Positions 59,861-64,000 of a DNA stretch of 64,000 nucleotides are shown here, piece after piece; the first letter of the stretch is position 1; each line of letters starts with the position of its first letter. The DNA comes from an uncultured delta proteobacterium. GTDB lineage: Bacteria; Desulfobacterota; Binatia; UBA9968. The stretch covers positions 320,001 to 384,000 of the forward strand of contig CAVSHR010000011.1 in the NCBI GenBank assembly GCA_963727625.1. Reading direction: 5' to 3'. The translations under genes were made by a program, and so were the position numbers. The notes beneath the pieces were generated by a model. The model saw only the letters and a list, made by a program, of their open reading frames with translations, did no database searches and had not been told where the DNA came from.

Positions 59861-60057
59861 CTCCAACCGTTACAGATGTTCCAAAAGTTCCAATCGGTAT
59901 TTGATAAGTACCGACAAGCCACAGTACGGCTTGCCTCGAAAACGGCTGGAACGAGTAGAACCTTTGGAGCTGCTGGAACGGTCTTTGTTATTAAGTTTGA
60001 ACGTTCGACGTTTTGAGCATTTTGAACGGAGCGCAGCGATTTAACGGTTTGAACGGG
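59861..60057. repeat. 9-bp-period (T/G)GAAC repeat cluster in both orientations
   Basis: CTGGAACGA GTAGAACCT TTGGAGCTG CTGGAACGG ... TTGAACGGA GCGCAGCGA TTTAACGGT TTGAACGG, with an inverted copy at about 59861-59896. Confidence 0.6.
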
Positions 60058-60065
60058 CTCCAGTA

Positions 60066-61172
60066 TTAATCCCTGATGTCCTGCAGAAACCATTCGGTTG
60101 GAATCTCGCGCCCGAGGCCGGCTCGCTTGGCGAGCTCGTAGACCTTGCCCGCCACCGCGTGGAACTGGGCGCCCTGCAGATTGCCGCGCTCGGAATAGGT
60201 GATCTGATCCGACGAGCTGCGCCCCTTCACCTTGCCGGAAACGAGATCGGCGAGCGTGACGCGCCGGTCGGGCAACGTATTGCCGTGCTTGCGGCGGTCG
60301 CGGCGGCCGTCGCCATGTTTTTCTTGCTGAGGGCGCGCCTCGTAGCCGATATGTTCGGCGTCAGTGGCGAGCTCGGGGTGGCCGGTGGGCGCCGGCGTGT
60401 CGCCGAAGCGCAGGTAGACGTCGACTTTTTTCAGGCTCTCGGCGTCCGGTTTGCCGGTGCCGCCGACGACGACGATGTGGGTGCCTTTTTCGAGCCATGC
60501 GCCGTCGGTCACCTCGACTGCGGAATCGGTGAGAGCCGCCAAGATGTGGGCGCCCTTGTAGACCTCTTCGGGGCGGCTGCAGATTTTTACCTCAATATTG
60601 TATTTCGCCGCCATCTCCTGCGCGAAGCGCTGGCGGCTTTCGCGCGTCGGGCTGAACACCTGCAGCTTCTCGATCTTGCGCACGCGCGTGAATGCCTCCA
60701 TATGCGTGCGCGCCATGCCCCCGGCGCCGAGCATGCCGACCACCTCCGCGTCCTTGTTCGCGAGGTACTTGACACCGATGCCGCCGTCGGCGCCCACCCG
60801 CATGTGCTGCAGGTAGCCGTCGTTGATAAAAGCCAGCGGCTCGGCGTTCTCCACCGAGGTCAACAGGATCAGGCCGCAGTAAAGACCGGGCCGCATACAG
60901 TACTTTTCCTGCGTACGGACCCCGTTGTATTCCTTTTCATAGATGACGTCTGACTTCATGCGGATCGCGAAGTAGCCTGCGGTCGATCCTCCCTCCATGG
61001 TGCCCCACTGGTAGTTCCGGGCCGGATCGCTGGTCGGGATACGGATATCGATGCGCGGTCGGCAGACCGCCTCCTGGGCAGCGAGCTGCAAATACGATTG
61101 TTCCAGCGCCGCAAGCGTGTCCTCCATGGTGAGAACCTGTTGGACTTCCTGGTTATTGATGATGAGTGTCAT
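60066..61172 (-). CDS. ornithine cyclodeaminase / mu-crystallin family protein
   Basis: LQHMRVGADGGIG, Rossmann GAGGMARTH, GTHI, GAQFHAVAGKVYELA. Confidence 0.9.
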   Translation of the reverse strand: MTLIINNQEVQQVLTMEDTLAALEQSYLQLAAQEAVCRPRIDIRIPTSDPARNYQWGTMEGGSTAGYFAIRMKSDVIYEKEYNGVRTQEKYCMRPGLYCGLILLTSVENAEPLAFINDGYLQHMRVGADGGIGVKYLANKDAEVVGMLGAGGMARTHMEAFTRVRKIEKLQVFSPTRESRQRFAQEMAAKYNIEVKICSRPEEVYKGAHILAALTDSAVEVTDGAWLEKGTHIVVVGGTGKPDAESLKKVDVYLRFGDTPAPTGHPELATDAEHIGYEARPQQEKHGDGRRDRRKHGNTLPDRRVTLADLVSGKVKGRSSSDQITYSERGNLQGAQFHAVAGKVYELAKRAGLGREIPTEWFLQDIRD

Positions 61173-61393
61173 AACGTATTTACCTTTCCGGCCGCGGCAG
61201 AAATTTGTCAGCGCGAAGCGCTTCGCTTTCAAAACTGGGAAGCGGCTCTTTTTGCCTCCGTTGAGGCATCGCACATTTATTCGACGATTGCACGCATAGT
61301 TTGCTATGATCAAGACACCGGATTAGGAAAACGGGCTCACCGTCTCCAGCGAATCACGGCGAACGTCTCGGCGACAAATTCGAGGAGGAGCTT

Positions 61394-62455
61394 ATGGGAC
61401 AGATACTCGGACTCGGAATCACCCATTACCCTGGCCTGGCGTTTCAAGGAGATATCAGCCGGCGCATCAAGATGTGCCTGGCCGATCCGGCATTGCCGGA
61501 AAAATTTCGCTCCCTAAACAACTGGCCCGAGCCGATGCGCGCGCAGTGGGGCGCGGCAGAAGGACAAGCGCATGCGCAAGCGCATCGCCAGGCGATGATC
61601 GAGGGCTTTCGGCGGGCGCGCCGGGCGCTGGAGGAGTTCAACCCGGATTTCTGTCTGATCTGAGGCGACGATCAGTTCGAGAACTACCGCGATGACTGCG
61701 TGCCGCCGTTTTCGATCCTCGCTTATGAAAGCGTCGAGATCCAACCTAGGCTCAGCGATCGACGCGGGGCAAATTCCTGGAACGAGCCCAAAGATAAGAG
61801 CTTCCTGGGCTCCGGCCACCGCGAGGGCGCCAAATACCTGGCGTCACGCTTATTGAACAAGGGAATCGATATTGCCTATGCGTACAAGCCGCGCCACGCT
61901 GCTCTCGGGCACGCGTTTACCAATTCGATTCTGTTCCTCGACTGGGACCGGCGCGGGTTTTCTTACCCGGTAGTGCCGTTTACGACCAACGCCTACGGGC
62001 GCTACTTGACGGCAAGTGAAGGTGTGCCGCCGACGCCGTCCAAAGCCAAAACCTTTGCGGGCAACGAAGATCCTCCGGGACCGCAGCCGTGGCGCTGTTT
62101 CCAAATCGGCGTCGCCACCGCCCGGGCTCTGGTTGGAAGCCCGTGGAAAGTCGCGTTGATCGCATCGTCGAGTTGGTCGCACTCGTTTTTGACCGAAAAG
62201 CATGGCCGCATGTATCCGGACGTGGAGTCGGACCGGCGCTTTTTTGAAGCGCTCCGCACAGGCGATTGAGAGACGTGGCGTAATACCGATTTGGCTCAGG
62301 CCGAAGACCGCGGCCATCATGAAATGTTGAACTGGTTTTGTCTCGCGGGCGCGATGGCCGAGCTCAAGCGCAAACCCGACGAGGTAGAATTTTTAGAGTC
62401 GTGGATTACCAACTCGGATAAGGTTTTCGCCGTGTTCCGTCCGCCGCTCGATTGA
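61394..62455 (+). pseudogene. LigB-like (class III extradiol) dioxygenase-family gene with two in-frame TGA codons
   Basis: One continuous frame: GITHYP...LI*GDDQFEN...GHAF...SSSWSH...GD*ETWRN...EMLNW. Stops are at 61661-61663 and 62267-62269. Confidence 0.8.
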
Positions 62456-62536
62456 GAAGTGTTTAATCCTAGCGCCGCACTTTAATGCTTGAATGTCTGA
62501 GGGTTCATTCCACTCAGCATGCTGTGTCCGAAGGTC

Positions 62537-62612
62537 GTCATTCCCGCATGCTTTAAGCGGGAATCCAGGTGGGTCCGAACCTGGACCCCCCATAACTACA
62601 TTCGGGGGTGAC
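62537..62612. repeat. REP-like double-hairpin element
   Basis: GTCATTCCCGC-ATGCTTTAA-GCGGGAATCCAG...CTGGACCCCC...GGGGGTGAC. Confidence 0.65.
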
Positions 62613-62643
62613 GGAATTGGGATCGCTCGCATGATGGGCCTTC

Positions 62644-62677
62644 GATACCCCGCAGCTTGCCGCCGGGGTAGTTTCAT
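62644..62677. repeat. palindromic element resembling an IS200/IS605-type end
   Basis: GATACCCCGCAGCTTGCCGCCGGGGTAGTTTCAT imperfect hairpin; no transposase nearby. Confidence 0.4.
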
Positions 62678-62712
62678 TTTACCGCTAATCCGAAGTTCCG
62701 CATTTTGCTCCG

Positions 62713-62764
62713 CTGAACGATTTGAACGGAGCAAGGCGGTTGAACTGCTTGAACGATTTGAACT
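62713..62764 (+). repeat. 9-bp-period TTGAAC repeat
   Basis: CTGAACGAT TTGAACGGA GCAAGGCGG TTGAACTGC TTGAACGAT TTGAAC. Confidence 0.65.
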
Positions 62765-62765
62765 C

Positions 62766-63185
62766 CTATCCCCCAATGGGTGGCATTTTGGGAAATTTAG
62801 CCAGCGCCGGATTCATGTGATCCCAAGGCTGGGCGCTGGATGTGAAGATGTCCAAGGTCGGCTTGTAGAGGTTCGGGTCATCGAGGCTCCCCGCCGTGAT
62901 CATCGCGAGGTCAGGCATGGCACCCGACTTTCCGAACAAACTCGCGCCGCACTCCGGACAAAAACCACGGCTCAACGTATTACCGCTGTCTGATTTACAG
63001 TCGTAATACTTAACCGCCCCGGTGATCTTTAGCGCCGCAGCCGGCAGTCCGATGTCGGGCTCATACGCACCACCGCTGGTTTTTTGGCAGTCGCGGCAGT
63101 GACAATTACCCATAAAAAACGGCTCGGCGAGACATTCGTAGCGCACTGCACCGCAAAGACAGCCTCCGGTAAAAGTTGTAGCCAT
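62766..63185 (-). CDS. GFA (glutathione-dependent formaldehyde-activating) family protein
   Basis: GGCLCGAVRY, CHCRDCQK, FCPECGA, GSLDDP. Confidence 0.93.
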   Translation of the reverse strand: MATTFTGGCLCGAVRYECLAEPFFMGNCHCRDCQKTSGGAYEPDIGLPAAALKITGAVKYYDCKSDSGNTLSRGFCPECGASLFGKSGAMPDLAMITAGSLDDPNLYKPTLDIFTSSAQPWDHMNPALAKFPKMPPIGG

Positions 63186-63461
63186 AGTTTTTTACTCCTT
63201 ATTTGTCCGTCAATCTTTAATAAAGCTACTATTACCGCCAACAGATCGAGAAATCGATGGGAGCCGCGCACGACCCGACGATTGGCTCGGCATTCAGCGA
63301 TTCAAACGGAGATTGGAGGAACGAGCTGAGCTTTCACGAGAAGCCGAGCGGACAGAGTGATTTGTTCAGTTATCCCGGCCCGACTCCTCGCTCTCATATC
63401 CGAGCACCAACGCTAGTAGTTGGCTATCAGAGCAGGGCGGTTTCTAACGGGCGTTATTGTC

Positions 63462-63998
63462 CTACTTTGCTGGAAGTACGCGCGCCATTTGCTCGATGCT
63501 GTCGGCCAAAGTCCCTGCAAACCCTGCTGACATACCCATCCCACTCGGCATCATCCCTATAATGCTAACTGCGGCTTTGTCACTTGCGGAAAAGACTGAG
63601 GGGGGCACACCTACAATTGATGCGACAGCTTGTGGGCCAAGGCGCCGGCGCAATTCGTTATCAACGAGGTTGCTGTCCGCCTTCAACTTGCGGTCAAACT
63701 CATCGCTCATTTCTTTCAGAATACGAAAGGATCGCTCAGCTTTGTCTTTGTCATCTTTCGCCCCAGCAACCGCCGAATCCGTTTGATTCCGAAGCGATAC
63801 AGCAAACTCTCGTAATGCGGCAGCAGTGCTCATAGCTTTCGCGCGCATTTCGTCATTTGTTAATTCAATAAGGCTGCCTTGACTGGGTTTATCGATTCCC
63901 AGTGCCACGCGATAACGAGCGAGCAGCTCATCCTTCTCAGCAATGTGGCCTTGGTAGTAGAACGAGGCGAGAGACCAGCCTGCGGTAATTCCTAGTAT
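63462..63998 (-). CDS. hypothetical membrane-associated protein, 5' end outside the window
   Basis: The frame stays open to the window edge (ILGITAGWSLASFYYQG...) and has lower GC than flanking genes. Confidence 0.55.
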   Translation of the reverse strand: MLGITAGWSLASFYYQGHIAEKDELLARYRVALGIDKPSQGSLIELTNDEMRAKAMSTAAALREFAVSLRNQTDSAVAGAKDDKDKAERSFRILKEMSDEFDRKLKADSNLVDNELRRRLGPQAVASIVGVPPSVFSASDKAAVSIIGMMPSGMGMSAGFAGTLADSIEQMARVLPAK

Positions 63999-64000
63999 GA

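Noticed and set aside
56640-62764. TTGAAC repeats as a CRISPR array
   Set aside because: Units are 9-bp tandem and degenerate, with no constant 25-40 bp repeat, no unique spacers and no cas genes.

Overview
This is a GC-rich bacterial chromosomal segment. Gene content and intergenic repeat style suggest a deltaproteobacterium-like or Binatia-type organism (inference only). From left to right: (1) 0-6.4 kb, an uncharacterised sigma-54 module, with an MshEN-tipped AAA+ ATPase, an enhancer-binding protein and a secreted retropepsin upstream of a sigma-54 promoter that drives a membrane coiled-coil, small coiled-coil and DUF4388-like operon. (2) 6.5-30 kb, a housekeeping backbone: SPOR protein, gatCAB, rnhB-yraN-serS, all four tRNA-Ser isoacceptors, tRNA-Arg(ACG), tadA, SRP RNA and dnaX-ybaB-recR, with inserted radical SAM, beta-CASP and ABC transporter genes. 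(3) 30-50 kb, a phosphate/polyphosphate/arsenic island: pstSCAB-phoU-phoB-phoR-DUF47-pit, a tandem thymidylate-kinase-like pair, ppx-(LMW-PTP remnant)-sixA-CHAD, decayed porin and PhoX-like genes, and arsR-arsC-acr3. Seven arrays of 11-bp-period Pho-box-like repeats lie at its promoters. (4) 50-64 kb, an AmpG-like MFS, senA-senB (selenoneine) with a GH84 hydrolase, and a decaying catabolic region with pseudogenes and repeats. The most notable candidates are a PhoR kinase fused to an intact ArsC/LMW-PTP domain, a probable two-subunit TMK-fold polyphosphate kinase in the Pho regulon, and the MshEN/sigma-54 module. All calls come from reading motifs by eye; no database searches were run.
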